This document shows positions 9,041 through 18,149 of a stretch of DNA of 64,000 bases, piece after piece. Positions within the stretch are counted from its first letter, which is position 1. Each line of letters starts with the position of its first letter. Source of the DNA: an uncultured Actinomycetota bacterium (GTDB lineage Bacteria; Actinomycetota; Actinomycetes; JACCUZ01). A program made the position numbers and the translations under genes. The stretch spans positions 81,954 through 145,953 of the forward strand of contig CAVRTI010000024.1 in NCBI GenBank assembly GCA_963723975.1, in the 5' to 3' direction. The notes beneath the pieces are model-generated. The model had not been told where the DNA came from, ran no database searches, and was given only the letters and a program-made list of their open reading frames with translations.

Positions 9041-10330
9041 ATGGAGACCAGCACCGCGGCACCGGCCGCGAGCATCCCCACCGACCCGCCACCGGCGCCC
9101 GCCACCGACCCGCGCCGGCTGTTGCGCAGCCGGGACTTCCGGCTGGTCTGGTCGGCGTACTCGATCTCGACCCTCGGCAGCGAAGTGACGGTGCTCGCGC
9201 TGCCGCTGGCCGCGGCGCTGCTGCTGGGCGCCTCGCCCTGGCAGATGGGTCTGCTGACCGCGGCCGGTACCGCGCCCTACATCGGTTTCGCCCTGCTGGT
9301 CGGTGCCTGGATCGACCGGCTGCCGCGGCGGCGCCCGCTGCTGATCGCCGCTGATCTGATCGCGGCGCTGGTGCTGGTCAGCGTGCCGGTCGCCTACCTG
9401 CTCGACGTCCTCACCGTCTCGCAGCTGGTAGTGGTCGAGCTGCTCGTCGGGGTCGTGCGGGTGACCTTCCGCCCGGCGTTCAGCGCGCACCTGCCCGATG
9501 TGGTCCCGGACCAGGCGCTCACCGAGGCCAGCTCCCGGCTGAAGGCCTCCGAGGCGACCGCGATGCTGGCCGGCCCGGGCCTGGGCGGCAGCCTGGTCCA
9601 GCTGCTGTCGGCACCGGTTGCTGTCCTCGTCGACGCTCTGGCGTTCCTGACCTCGGCGGTCCTGCTCGGTCGGGTCCGTGCGCAGGAGCGGGTCGGGCAC
9701 GTCCCGCCGCCGCGCCGTCGTCTGCGTGTCGAGATCGGCGAGGGGGTGACCCAGCTCTGGCAGGACCGCCGGTTGAGGGCCATCGCCGGCGCCGCCGCGA
9801 ACGTCAACTTCTTCGGACTGATGATCTTCGCCCTGGTCGTCGTCTACCTGACCCGGGCGCAGGACTTCACGCCGTTGATGGTGGCCGCGGTGACCGTCGC
9901 CGGAGGCGTCGGCTCGCTGATCGGAGCCCTGCTGGCGCCGCGGGTCGCCCGGCGGATCGGCCGGGGCCGCACCATCGTTCTGGGCTCGGCGGTGTTCAGC
10001 CTCGGGATGTTCGCCTTCCCGGCGGCGCACGGTCCGCGGTGGCTGGTGCTGGTCGTGCTGCTGGCCAACGAGATCGTCGTCGGCATCGCGATCATGCTGT
10101 TCGACGTCACCACCGGAGCGCTCGTTCTCAGCGAGGTGCCGCGCGACATGCTCGCCCGGGTCAACGCATCGCTGTCCACGGTGACTCAGGGCGTCAAGAC
10201 CCTCGGCGCCCTCGCGGGTGGTCTGCTCGGCACCGTGTTCGGGCTGCACGCGGCGCTGTGGGTCGGGGCGCTCGGCGCCACGACAACCGTGCTGTGGACC
10301 TGGCTCTCACCGCTGCGCTTCACGGACTGA
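9041..10330 (+). CDS. MFS transporter (EntS/DHA3-like)
   Basis: A 12-TM hydrophobic profile and an MFS motif near RRPLLIAADL (DRxxRR). Confidence 0.8.
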   Translation: METSTAAPAASIPTDPPPAPATDPRRLLRSRDFRLVWSAYSISTLGSEVTVLALPLAAALLLGASPWQMGLLTAAGTAPYIGFALLVGAWIDRLPRRRPLLIAADLIAALVLVSVPVAYLLDVLTVSQLVVVELLVGVVRVTFRPAFSAHLPDVVPDQALTEASSRLKASEATAMLAGPGLGGSLVQLLSAPVAVLVDALAFLTSAVLLGRVRAQERVGHVPPPRRRLRVEIGEGVTQLWQDRRLRAIAGAAANVNFFGLMIFALVVVYLTRAQDFTPLMVAAVTVAGGVGSLIGALLAPRVARRIGRGRTIVLGSAVFSLGMFAFPAAHGPRWLVLVVLLANEIVVGIAIMLFDVTTGALVLSEVPRDMLARVNASLSTVTQGVKTLGALAGGLLGTVFGLHAALWVGALGATTTVLWTWLSPLRFTD

Positions 10331-10368
10331 CCCGACGCCAGGCCCTGACGCCGGTAGCGTCGTGTCAC

Positions 10369-11889
10369 GTGCGGGGCGACGGGGGACAGCGGCGACGGGC
10401 CGGCCGGCTGGCCGCGACCCTGGTCGTCGTCACGGCACTAACCGGATCGGCGGTCCCCGCTGGCCCCGCCGTGGCAGCCGACCGCGAGGCTCGTGTCGAG
10501 GTCGCGCTGCGGCAGGCCCGGACCTACGCACTGCACCAGCTCGCCCGCACCGACCGCCGGCTCGGGCCCGGCCGGTTCCCGACCGTCGCGGTGCCCGGTC
10601 GGCCCTGGCGGACCAGCGGGACGGGTGGCTGGCTGGCGGGCTTCTGGCCGGGCCGGCTCTGGCTCGCCTACCAGGCCGACGGGCAGTCGCGCTGGGCCCG
10701 GCGAGCCGTCGCGACCCAGGCGCCGCTCGTCGTACGGCAGGACGACACCACTGCCCATGACCTCGGCTTCCTGCTGCAGACCAGCTTCGGCCGGGGCGCC
10801 GTCCTGGCCGGGCGCGACTCCGACGCAGCGGTCGTCCGGCGCGCTGCCGCCGCACTGGCCACCCGCTACGTCCCGTCGGTGCGAGCGATCCGCACCTGGG
10901 ACGGACCGCCGGGCCAGGTCACCGTCAACGTCGACAACCTGATGAACCTCGAGCTGCTGTTCCAGGCCGCGGACCTCGGTGGTCCGGTCGAGTGGCGTCG
11001 CCTTGCGGTGCAGCACGCCCTCACCTCGGCCCGCTGGCACCTGCGCACGGACGGCAGCACCTTCCACGTCGTCCGCTTCGACGAGCGCAGCGGTACGCCG
11101 GTCTGGCAGGGCACCGTGCAGGGCCGGTCCGACAGCTCGACCTGGGCCCGGGGGCAGGCCTGGGCCGTGCACGGCTTCACCACCGCGTTCCGCGAGTCGG
11201 GTGACCCGCGGCTGCTCGCGGCAGCGCGCCGGGCCGCCGGCTTCGCGGTGGGGCACGCTCCCCGGGACGGCGTGCCGTGGTGGGACTACGACGCGCCGGG
11301 CACCCGCCGGGACACCACGGCCGCCGCAGCCCTGGCGTCCGGGTTGCTGGAGCTGGCCAGGGTCGACCCCGATGCCGACCACCGGGCTCGTTGGCGGGCA
11401 GCGGGGATGAGCACCTTGCGGTCGCTGGTCGGGCCGCGCTACCTGGCGCGCGGCACCGGAGCGTGGTCGGTTCTGCTGCACGGCCGGCACGACCCGAGGT
11501 ACGACGACAGCGGGGTGACCTACGGCGACCACTACCTGCTCGAGGCCCTGCTCAGGGTCGAGCTGCTGCCCGCGACCCGTCCGGCGCTGAGGACGTCGAC
11601 CCTCCGTCGCGGACCGCAGGGCGCGCTGCGGGTCGACCTCGGTGTCCGGCGCACCGTCAGCGCCGTGTCCGTCCGCTGGCCGGCCGGCGCAGCGACCCGG
11701 TTCCGCATCCAGACCTCGCGCGACGGCCGGCTCTGGAGCCCGGGCCGGGGCGGAGTGAGCAGCGGGAGGGTGAGCGGCTTCGAGACCTACGACCTGCGTG
11801 ACCGCGCCGCCCGCTACGTCCGGGTCCGACCGCGCGGTGCGGCCGACGGCGGCACCGGTCGCCCGGTCGCGGTGAGGGTGCGCGGCTGA
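10369..11889 (+). CDS. Secreted glycoside hydrolase (GH88/GH105-like unsaturated glucuronyl/rhamnogalacturonyl hydrolase) with a C-terminal F5/8 type C (discoidin) domain
   Basis: A signal-peptide-like N-terminus (RRRAGRLAATLVVVTALTGSAVPAGPAVAA). GH88/105-type motifs (HDLGF, WARGQAW) are present. The C-terminal ~130 aa is jelly-roll-like (RVDLGVRRTVSAVSVRW...YVRVRPRG). The upstream part of ORF 10039.. overlaps the MFS gene and is not coding. Confidence 0.55.
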   Translation: MRGDGGQRRRAGRLAATLVVVTALTGSAVPAGPAVAADREARVEVALRQARTYALHQLARTDRRLGPGRFPTVAVPGRPWRTSGTGGWLAGFWPGRLWLAYQADGQSRWARRAVATQAPLVVRQDDTTAHDLGFLLQTSFGRGAVLAGRDSDAAVVRRAAAALATRYVPSVRAIRTWDGPPGQVTVNVDNLMNLELLFQAADLGGPVEWRRLAVQHALTSARWHLRTDGSTFHVVRFDERSGTPVWQGTVQGRSDSSTWARGQAWAVHGFTTAFRESGDPRLLAAARRAAGFAVGHAPRDGVPWWDYDAPGTRRDTTAAAALASGLLELARVDPDADHRARWRAAGMSTLRSLVGPRYLARGTGAWSVLLHGRHDPRYDDSGVTYGDHYLLEALLRVELLPATRPALRTSTLRRGPQGALRVDLGVRRTVSAVSVRWPAGAATRFRIQTSRDGRLWSPGRGGVSSGRVSGFETYDLRDRAARYVRVRPRGAADGGTGRPVAVRVRG

Positions 11890-11892
11890 CGG

Positions 11893-12318
11893 CTACCTGT
11901 CGCGGAGCCGGACCACGAACCGCAGTCCTGACCAGGTCGCGTCGATCGCGCACACCTTGTTGTCCACCAGGCCGGTGGCCAGACCGAACTCGCGTACGAC
12001 GTTCTCGTCCAGGTCGGTCGGGTAGCCGCTGGACCGCTTCGGCCAGGCGACCCAGAGCCCTCCCGCTCTGCTGAGCCGCTGCCGGGCGGGCCCGAACCGC
12101 GCCTGCAGCGCCCGGTGGTCGGGCACGAAGGTCAGCACCACGTCGTACGGCGCGCGGCCGGCGCGCCGGTGCAGCTCGACGCCCGGCAGCGGGCCCAACG
12201 TGTCCTCGACGAATCCCTCGGGGGCGCCGGTGACGAGGACACGGCTGCCCGGTCGGATGCCGAGCTTGGTCGGCAGGGGAGTCCCGGAGTAGCCGGCCGG
12301 CTGGGTCACGGTCCGCAA
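11893..12318 (-). CDS. DUF3052-family protein
   Basis: MRTVTQPAGYSGTPLPTKLGIRPGSRVLVTGAPEGF... is typical of the actinobacterial DUF3052. Confidence 0.6.
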   Translation of the reverse strand: MRTVTQPAGYSGTPLPTKLGIRPGSRVLVTGAPEGFVEDTLGPLPGVELHRRAGRAPYDVVLTFVPDHRALQARFGPARQRLSRAGGLWVAWPKRSSGYPTDLDENVVREFGLATGLVDNKVCAIDATWSGLRFVVRLRDR

Positions 12319-12359
12319 CGCTAGCCACTCGCGCGGGGGAATGACCTGCTACCGGCCGG

Positions 12360-13919
12360 GTGTTGGATGACGTCGTGGCCGACACCGCAGCGCCCTCCGC
12401 CGCGCCGGCAGGTCTCGCGTTCGGCGAGCCGCGGGCCCGGTGGGTGCTGGCGGCCACGGTGCTCGGCTCCGGTCTCGCGTTCATCGACGGCACCGTGGTC
12501 AACGTGGCGCTGCCGCAGATCGGCGAGTCGCTTGATGCCGGGGTCTCCGGCCTGCAGTGGACGATCAACGCCTACACGCTGACGCTCGCGTCGTTGATCC
12601 TGCTCGGCGGCTCGCTCGGTGACCGGTTCGGCCGGCGCCGGGTGTTCGTCGTGGGCGTCGTGTGGTTCGCCGTCGCCTCACTGGCCTGCGGCCTCGCGCC
12701 GGACGTCAGGACGCTGGTGGTGGCCCGCGCGGTGCAGGGGATCGGCGGAGCGCTGCTGACCCCGGGCAGCCTGGCGATCCTTCAGTCGTCGTTCCGGCCG
12801 GAGGACCGGATGCGGGCGATCGGCGCGTGGTCCGGGCTGGCCGGGATCGCGGGTGCGGCCGGGCCGTTCGTCGGCGGCTACCTGGTGCAGACCGTCGGCT
12901 GGCGGTGGGTCTTCCTCATCAACCTGCCGTTGGCGATCGCGGTCGTCCTGGTTGCCACCCGCCACGTCCCGGAGAGCCGCGACCCGGAGGCGTCGCACTC
13001 CCTCGACCTCGTGGGAGCCGCACTGGGCGCCGCGGGGCTGGGGTCGTTGACCTATGCGCTGATCGCCTGGCAGGAGCGGGGTCTCGCCTCGCCGGTCGTC
13101 CTGGTCACCCTGGCCGCCGGAGTCCTCGGCCTGGCCTCCTTCGTCGGGCGGGAACGCGGCGCCCGAGCACCGATGCTGCCGCTGGGCATCTTCTCCTCCC
13201 GTCAGTTCAGCGCCACCAACGCGGTGACGTTCGCGGTCTACGGCGCTCTCGGCGGGCTCTTCCTGTTCCTCGTGCTCGCGCTGCAGGTGGTGGCGGGCTT
13301 CTCGCCCCTCGCCGCCGGGACCTCGCTGCTGCCGGTGACCCTGCTGCTGCTCCTGCTGTCGTCCCGGATGGGCGCGCTCGCCACCCGGATCGGACCGCGG
13401 CTGCCGATGACGGTCGGTCCGCTGCTCGCGGCTGCGGGGGCGACGTTGCTGGCGTGGCGGGTCGATGCCAGCACCTCCTACTGGGTGGACGTGCTGCCGG
13501 GGGTGTCGCTGTTCGGGTGGGGCTTGTCGTTCACCGTGGCGCCGCTGACCGCGACCGTGCTCGCCGCCGCGCCGGACCGGCACGCCGGCATCGCCAGCGG
13601 GGTCAACAACGCGGTGGCCCGCGTCGCCGGGCTGCTCGCGGTGGCTGCGCTGCCGCTGCTCGTCGGGCTGGACGGGGCGGCCTACGCCGACCCGGACCTG
13701 CTGCGACCGGCGTACCGGTCGGCGATGTTGATCTGCGCCGGCCTGCTCGCCACCGGCGGCGGGCTCGCCGCGCTGCTCGTACGGTCGCCGACGGCCGGCT
13801 CGGACGCCGCCGCCGGTCCCGAGGAGGAGGCGGCGGCGCACCGCTACTGCTGCCCGGTCGACGGACCGGCGCTGCACGCGTGCCCGCACGACGGCCCGGT
13901 GGTCAGTCGTCCGCGCTGA
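12360..13919 (+). CDS. MFS drug:H+ antiporter, DHA2 (EmrB/QacA) family, 14 TMS
   Basis: LAFIDGTVVNVALPQI...LQWTINAYTLTLASLILLGGSLGDRFGRRRVF... is a DHA2 signature. Confidence 0.85.
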   Translation: MLDDVVADTAAPSAAPAGLAFGEPRARWVLAATVLGSGLAFIDGTVVNVALPQIGESLDAGVSGLQWTINAYTLTLASLILLGGSLGDRFGRRRVFVVGVVWFAVASLACGLAPDVRTLVVARAVQGIGGALLTPGSLAILQSSFRPEDRMRAIGAWSGLAGIAGAAGPFVGGYLVQTVGWRWVFLINLPLAIAVVLVATRHVPESRDPEASHSLDLVGAALGAAGLGSLTYALIAWQERGLASPVVLVTLAAGVLGLASFVGRERGARAPMLPLGIFSSRQFSATNAVTFAVYGALGGLFLFLVLALQVVAGFSPLAAGTSLLPVTLLLLLLSSRMGALATRIGPRLPMTVGPLLAAAGATLLAWRVDASTSYWVDVLPGVSLFGWGLSFTVAPLTATVLAAAPDRHAGIASGVNNAVARVAGLLAVAALPLLVGLDGAAYADPDLLRPAYRSAMLICAGLLATGGGLAALLVRSPTAGSDAAAGPEEEAAAHRYCCPVDGPALHACPHDGPVVSRPR

Positions 13920-13955
13920 CCGCACCGACCCGCGGACCGGCCGACGGGCCGCGGC

Positions 13956-14972
13956 TCAGTCGTCCTCGGCCACCCACAGCCGGAGCCGGTCGAGCGCCTC
14001 GCGCTCGATCTGGCGTACCCGCTCCCGGGAGACGCCGAGACGTCCGGAGATCTGCTCGTAGGTCTGCTTCGGACCGGGCACCAGGCCGTAGCGGCACCGG
14101 ATGACCTCCGCCTCCCGCTCGGTGAGCCGGTCGACCAGCCCGACCAGGGCGTCCCGCGAGTCGTGCTCGACGACGATGTCCTCGGGGCTGGGGTCGGCAG
14201 CGTCGACCAGGTCGCCCAGGGTGGTGCCGCCGTCATCGCCCACCAGGGCGTCCAGGCTGGCCGGTGTCCGGGAGATCCGGTCCAGGTCCTGCACGACGTC
14301 GACGTCCAGCCCCATCTCGGTCGCGACCTCGGCGTCGGTGGCGTCCCGGCCGAGGGAGGCGGACAGGTCGCGGCGGGTGCGGCCGAGCCGGCTGAGCTTC
14401 TCGACCTGGTGGACGGGCAGCCGGACGGTGCGGCTCTGCTCGGCGATGGCCCGGCCGATCGACTGCCGGATCCACCAGGTGGCGTACGTCGAGAACTTGT
14501 AGCCGCGGGAGTAGTCGAACTTCTCCACGGCCCGGACCAGGCCGACGTTGCCCTCCTGGATCAGGTCGAGCAGCGGCATCGACGCCCGGGTGTAGCGGCG
14601 CGCCAGCGACACGACCAGGCGCAGGTTCGCCCGGATGAAGGCGCGCTTGGCCAGGTCGCCGTCGGTGGCGAGCCGGTCCAGCTCCAGGGTCGTCGCGATC
14701 TTGCGGGCCTCGCGCAGCTTGACCGCGCGCCGGTGGCCGAGCGCGTCGAGCAGGTGGCGGGCATAGAGGCCGGCCTCGATCCGCTGCGCGAGGTCGACCT
14801 CGGTCGCCGCGTCGAGCAGCGGTGCCTTGCCGATCTCGTCGAGGTAGAGCCGGACCAGGTCAGGGGTCCCCACCTCCTGGTCGAACGCGTCGACGGGGCC
14901 GGCGCCGTGGGCGTCGGCCGGGTCGGGGGCCTCGGTCAGGGGAGCGGTCCGCGCCAGGGGCTGCTGGGTCAT
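13956..14972 (-). CDS. RNA polymerase sigma-70 family factor (group 2, SigB-like)
   Basis: Region 1.2 (LVRLYLDEIGKAPLL), region 2 (DLIQEGNVGLVRAVEKFDYSRGYKFSTYATWWIRQ) and regions 3-4 (QISGRLGVSRERVRQIE). The longer ORF 13956..16046 is an artefactual extension. Confidence 0.85.
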   Translation of the reverse strand: MTQQPLARTAPLTEAPDPADAHGAGPVDAFDQEVGTPDLVRLYLDEIGKAPLLDAATEVDLAQRIEAGLYARHLLDALGHRRAVKLREARKIATTLELDRLATDGDLAKRAFIRANLRLVVSLARRYTRASMPLLDLIQEGNVGLVRAVEKFDYSRGYKFSTYATWWIRQSIGRAIAEQSRTVRLPVHQVEKLSRLGRTRRDLSASLGRDATDAEVATEMGLDVDVVQDLDRISRTPASLDALVGDDGGTTLGDLVDAADPSPEDIVVEHDSRDALVGLVDRLTEREAEVIRCRYGLVPGPKQTYEQISGRLGVSRERVRQIEREALDRLRLWVAEDD

Positions 14973-15084
14973 CGATCCCTTTCGTCGCGCCGGAGTAGGG
15001 AGGCCCGGCACACGGATCAAACGATCGAGGCGCCCGCAGGATTCCGGCAGGTGCGAGCGGCCCGGCTGGGGGTAGGGCAGCGCC

Positions 15085-16130
15085 ATGTCGGCTCCCACCA
15101 CGACCTCCCGGGCCGCCGCGCTGCGGGCGCTGCGGCCGGACCTGCACGACCCGGTCACCCGGACAGCCGCCTGGGCCCGCGCAGCCCTCGACGCGGGCCT
15201 GCTCGACCTGCCGCTGCCCGGCCGGGGCAGGACGACCGAGCGGTTCACCGGGCTGGCCGACCTGGGCACGCGTCGACCTGGATCTCGCCCGCCTCGCCGA
15301 GGCCCATGCCGACGCCGTCGCGATCCTCGCCGACCTCGGCGTGACCGGACCCGGCGACGGGCTGTGGGGGGTCTGGGCGGCGAACCCGCCGACCGACCCG
15401 CTGCTTGGCACGGCGGGACGGCGACCACTGGCTGCTCGACGGCACCAAGCCCTGGTGCAGCGGCGCCGGGTGCTGCGACCACGCCCTGGTCACGGCCCGC
15501 ACCGACGACGGCTACCGGCTCTTCGCCGTCGACCTCGCCGCGCCCGGCGCGACGCCGGTGGACGGCAGCTGGCCGGCCGCGGCGATGCAGGGCAGCGACA
15601 GCCGCTCGGTGCGGTTCGAGGACGTGCCGGCCGTGCCGGCCGGCGGCCCGGAGGAGTACCTGCAGCGACCGGGCTTCTGGCACGGCGCGGTAGGAGTGGC
15701 CGCGGTGTGGTGGGGCGGGGCCCGCGGTGTCGCCCGCGCCCTGGCCAGGGCCGACGCCCGGCGGCCGCTGAACCCGCACGCCCTCGCACACGCCGGCGCG
15801 GTCGACGCCGGGCTGTCGGCCGCGTGGGCCGCCCTCGCCTCGGCCGCGGCCTGCTTCGACGACGACCCGGCCGACACCGCGGGCACCGCCCGGCTCGCGG
15901 CGGCCCGGGTCCGGGCAGCCGTCGAGAGCGCCGCGACCGAGGTCGTCGGGCGCACCGGCCGGGCGCTCGGCGCGGCGCCGCTGGCCCTCGACGCCGACCA
16001 CGGCCGCCGGGTGGCCGACCTGGGGCTGTACCTCAGGCAGAGCCACGCAGAGCGTGACCTCGAGGAGCTCGGCCGGCAGAGCCTGGACGCCGGCGCCTTC
16101 CCGTGGGCCGACCCGGACGGCGCACGATGA
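15085..16130 (+). CDS. Acyl-CoA dehydrogenase-family protein, split by two apparent 1-nt insertions (near 15268 and 15412)
   Basis: Three consecutive frames read MSAPTTTSRAAALRALRP...FTGLADLG | VDLDLARLAEAHADAVAILADLGVTGPGDGLWGVWAANPPTDPLL | ARRDGDHWLLDGTKPWCSGAG...C-terminal helical domain. Its stop overlaps the next gene (ATGA). Confidence 0.6.
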
Positions 16131-16861
16131 CGGTCATCGAGCCGATGGCCGGCACCGACGAGAACCGGTGGGCGGACTGGCCCGCGCCGCAGGCCTGGCC
16201 GACGCTGGACGTGGAGCAGGTCGCCGGTCGGCCGGTGCTCGTCGTGGCGGCCCACCCGGACGACGAGGTGCTCGGCGTCGGCGGGCTGCTCGCCGTGCTG
16301 GCCGGGCTCGGCGCCGAGCTGCGGCTGCTCTGGGCCACGGACGGCGAGGCCTCGCACCCGGGGTCGACCGCCGAGCCGGCCGCCAGGCTCGCGGCGATCC
16401 GGCGATCGGAGTCGTCGGTCGCGGCGGAGCGGCTCGGCCTGGCGGCCGCGCCGCGCACCCATCTCGGACTGCCCGACGGTCGGCTGACCGGGCGGGCGGA
16501 CGAGCTGGCCGACCTGCTCGGAGAGCAGGTCCGGGACGGTGAGGTCGTGCTCGCGCCGTGGTCCGGTGACGGTCACCCGGACCACGAGGCCTGCGGGCGG
16601 GCGGCCCGCCAGGTCGCGCCGACGGTGCTCGAGTACCCGGTCTGGGCCTGGCACTGGGCCGAGCCGGACGACGATCGGGTGCCGTGGTCGCGGGCCCGCC
16701 GGGTCGACCTCGATGCCGACGCGCGGGAGCGCAAGGCCGCGGCGGTCGGATGCTTCCGCTCCCAGGTCGAGCCGATCGGCCCGGGCCTGCTGGACGGCCC
16801 GGTGCTGCCGGACCGGGTGCTCGCCCACTTCCGCCGCCACCACGAGGTGGTGCTGGCATGA
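16127..16861 (+). CDS. PIG-L family deacetylase (LmbE-like)
   Basis: VLVVAAHPDDEVLGVGG...SGDGHPDHEA. ATGA start/stop overlaps occur on both sides. Confidence 0.8.
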   Translation: MTVIEPMAGTDENRWADWPAPQAWPTLDVEQVAGRPVLVVAAHPDDEVLGVGGLLAVLAGLGAELRLLWATDGEASHPGSTAEPAARLAAIRRSESSVAAERLGLAAAPRTHLGLPDGRLTGRADELADLLGEQVRDGEVVLAPWSGDGHPDHEACGRAARQVAPTVLEYPVWAWHWAEPDDDRVPWSRARRVDLDADARERKAAAVGCFRSQVEPIGPGLLDGPVLPDRVLAHFRRHHEVVLA

Positions 16862-17463
16862 GCGTCCCCGCCGACTACTTCAGCCGGATGTACGCCGGGT
16901 CCGAGGACCCCTGGGGATTCCGCAGCCGGTGGTACGAGCAGCGCAAGCGCGACGTCACCCTGGCGGCACTGTCCCGGCCCCGGTACCGCCGGGCGTTCGA
17001 ACCCGGATGCTCGATCGGCGTGCTCACCGCAGCGCTGGCCGCACGGTGCGACGAGGTGGTGGCCACCGACGTGGACGACCGCGCGCTGGCGTCCGCGCGG
17101 ACCGCCCTCGCCGGGCAGCTCAACGTGCGGTTCGAGCGGATCGCCGTTCCGGAGCAGTGGCCGGACGGGATGTTCGACCTGGTGGTCGTCTCCGAGCTCG
17201 GCTACTACCTCGATGCCGACGCGCTGGACCTGATGCTCGACCGGGTGGTCGACTCGCTGGCGCCGCGCGGGACGTTGCTGGCCTGCCACTGGCGGCACCC
17301 GGTCGCCGACTACCCGGCGACCGGCGACGACGTGCACGAGCGGCTGCTCGCCCGGCCCGAGCTGACCAGCGCCGTGCGGCACGAGGAGGAGGACTTCCGG
17401 CTGGACCTGCTCACGCTCGGCCCGGTCGCGTCACCCGCCCGGCGCGAGGGGCTGGTGCCATGA
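16858..17463 (+). CDS. Class I SAM-dependent methyltransferase
   Basis: The Rossmann motif region is FEPGCSIGVLTAALAARCDEVVATDVD...DLVVVSELGYYL. An ATGA overlap couples it to the upstream gene. Confidence 0.75.
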   Translation: MSVPADYFSRMYAGSEDPWGFRSRWYEQRKRDVTLAALSRPRYRRAFEPGCSIGVLTAALAARCDEVVATDVDDRALASARTALAGQLNVRFERIAVPEQWPDGMFDLVVVSELGYYLDADALDLMLDRVVDSLAPRGTLLACHWRHPVADYPATGDDVHERLLARPELTSAVRHEEEDFRLDLLTLGPVASPARREGLVP

Positions 17464-18146
17464 CGTCCGCGGTGCAGGTCGTCGGGGTGGTCGTCCCGGC
17501 CCGCGACGAGCAGGAGCTGCTGCCCGGGGCCCTCGCCGCCCTCGGCGTCGCGGCGTCGCGGGCGGCCCGGCTCGGGACGACAGTCGACCTGCTCGTGGTC
17601 GCCGACTCGTGCACCGACGGCACCGCCGAGGTGGCCCGGACCGCGGGGGTGCCGGTTCTCGAGGTCGACGCCGGTGCGGTCGGCCTCGCTCGCGCGGCGG
17701 GGCTGCGGCACCTGCTGGACCGGCGAAGCGCCGTACCCAGGAGCCGCCTCTGGCTGGCCACGACCGATGCCGACTCCCGGGTCCCGCCGCACTGGCTGAG
17801 CCGTCAGATCGAGCTCGCCGCGACCGGCGCCGACCTGGTGGTGGGCACCGTCGAGGTCGACGACTGGTCCGGGCACCCGCCGTACGTCGAGGCGCGGTGG
17901 CGGGCCGGCTACGACCAGCGGGAAGGGCACGGTCACGTGCACGGTGCCAACGTCGGCGCCCGCGCCGACGCCTACCTGGAGGTCGGGGGATTCCCGTCTC
18001 TGGACCGCGACGAGGACGTTGCGCTGGTCGCCGCCCTCGCCCACCGCCGGGTGGTGCGCACCGGAGCGATCCCGGTCCTCACCAGCGCCCGGATGCTGTC
18101 CCGGGCCGGAGGAGGGTTCGCCGACCACCTGGCCGGTCTCGCGTGA
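17460..18146 (+). CDS. Glycosyltransferase family 2 (small, soluble)
   Basis: VVPARDEQELL...LLVVADSCTDGTAEVAR...ATTDADSRV (DxD-like). The ATG overlaps the upstream TGA. Confidence 0.75.
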   Translation: MTSAVQVVGVVVPARDEQELLPGALAALGVAASRAARLGTTVDLLVVADSCTDGTAEVARTAGVPVLEVDAGAVGLARAAGLRHLLDRRSAVPRSRLWLATTDADSRVPPHWLSRQIELAATGADLVVGTVEVDDWSGHPPYVEARWRAGYDQREGHGHVHGANVGARADAYLEVGGFPSLDRDEDVALVAALAHRRVVRTGAIPVLTSARMLSRAGGGFADHLAGLA

Positions 18147-18149
18147 GGG

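Noticed and set aside
13956-16046. 696-aa ORF extending the sigma factor upstream (and ORF 16539..18146, which extends the GT2 by 300 aa)
   Set aside because: The N-terminal extensions are R/P/G-rich nonsense. The proper starts, with conserved N-termini (MTQQPLAR..., MTSAVQVVGVVVPARDE...), lie downstream. ATGA coupling defines the GT2 start.
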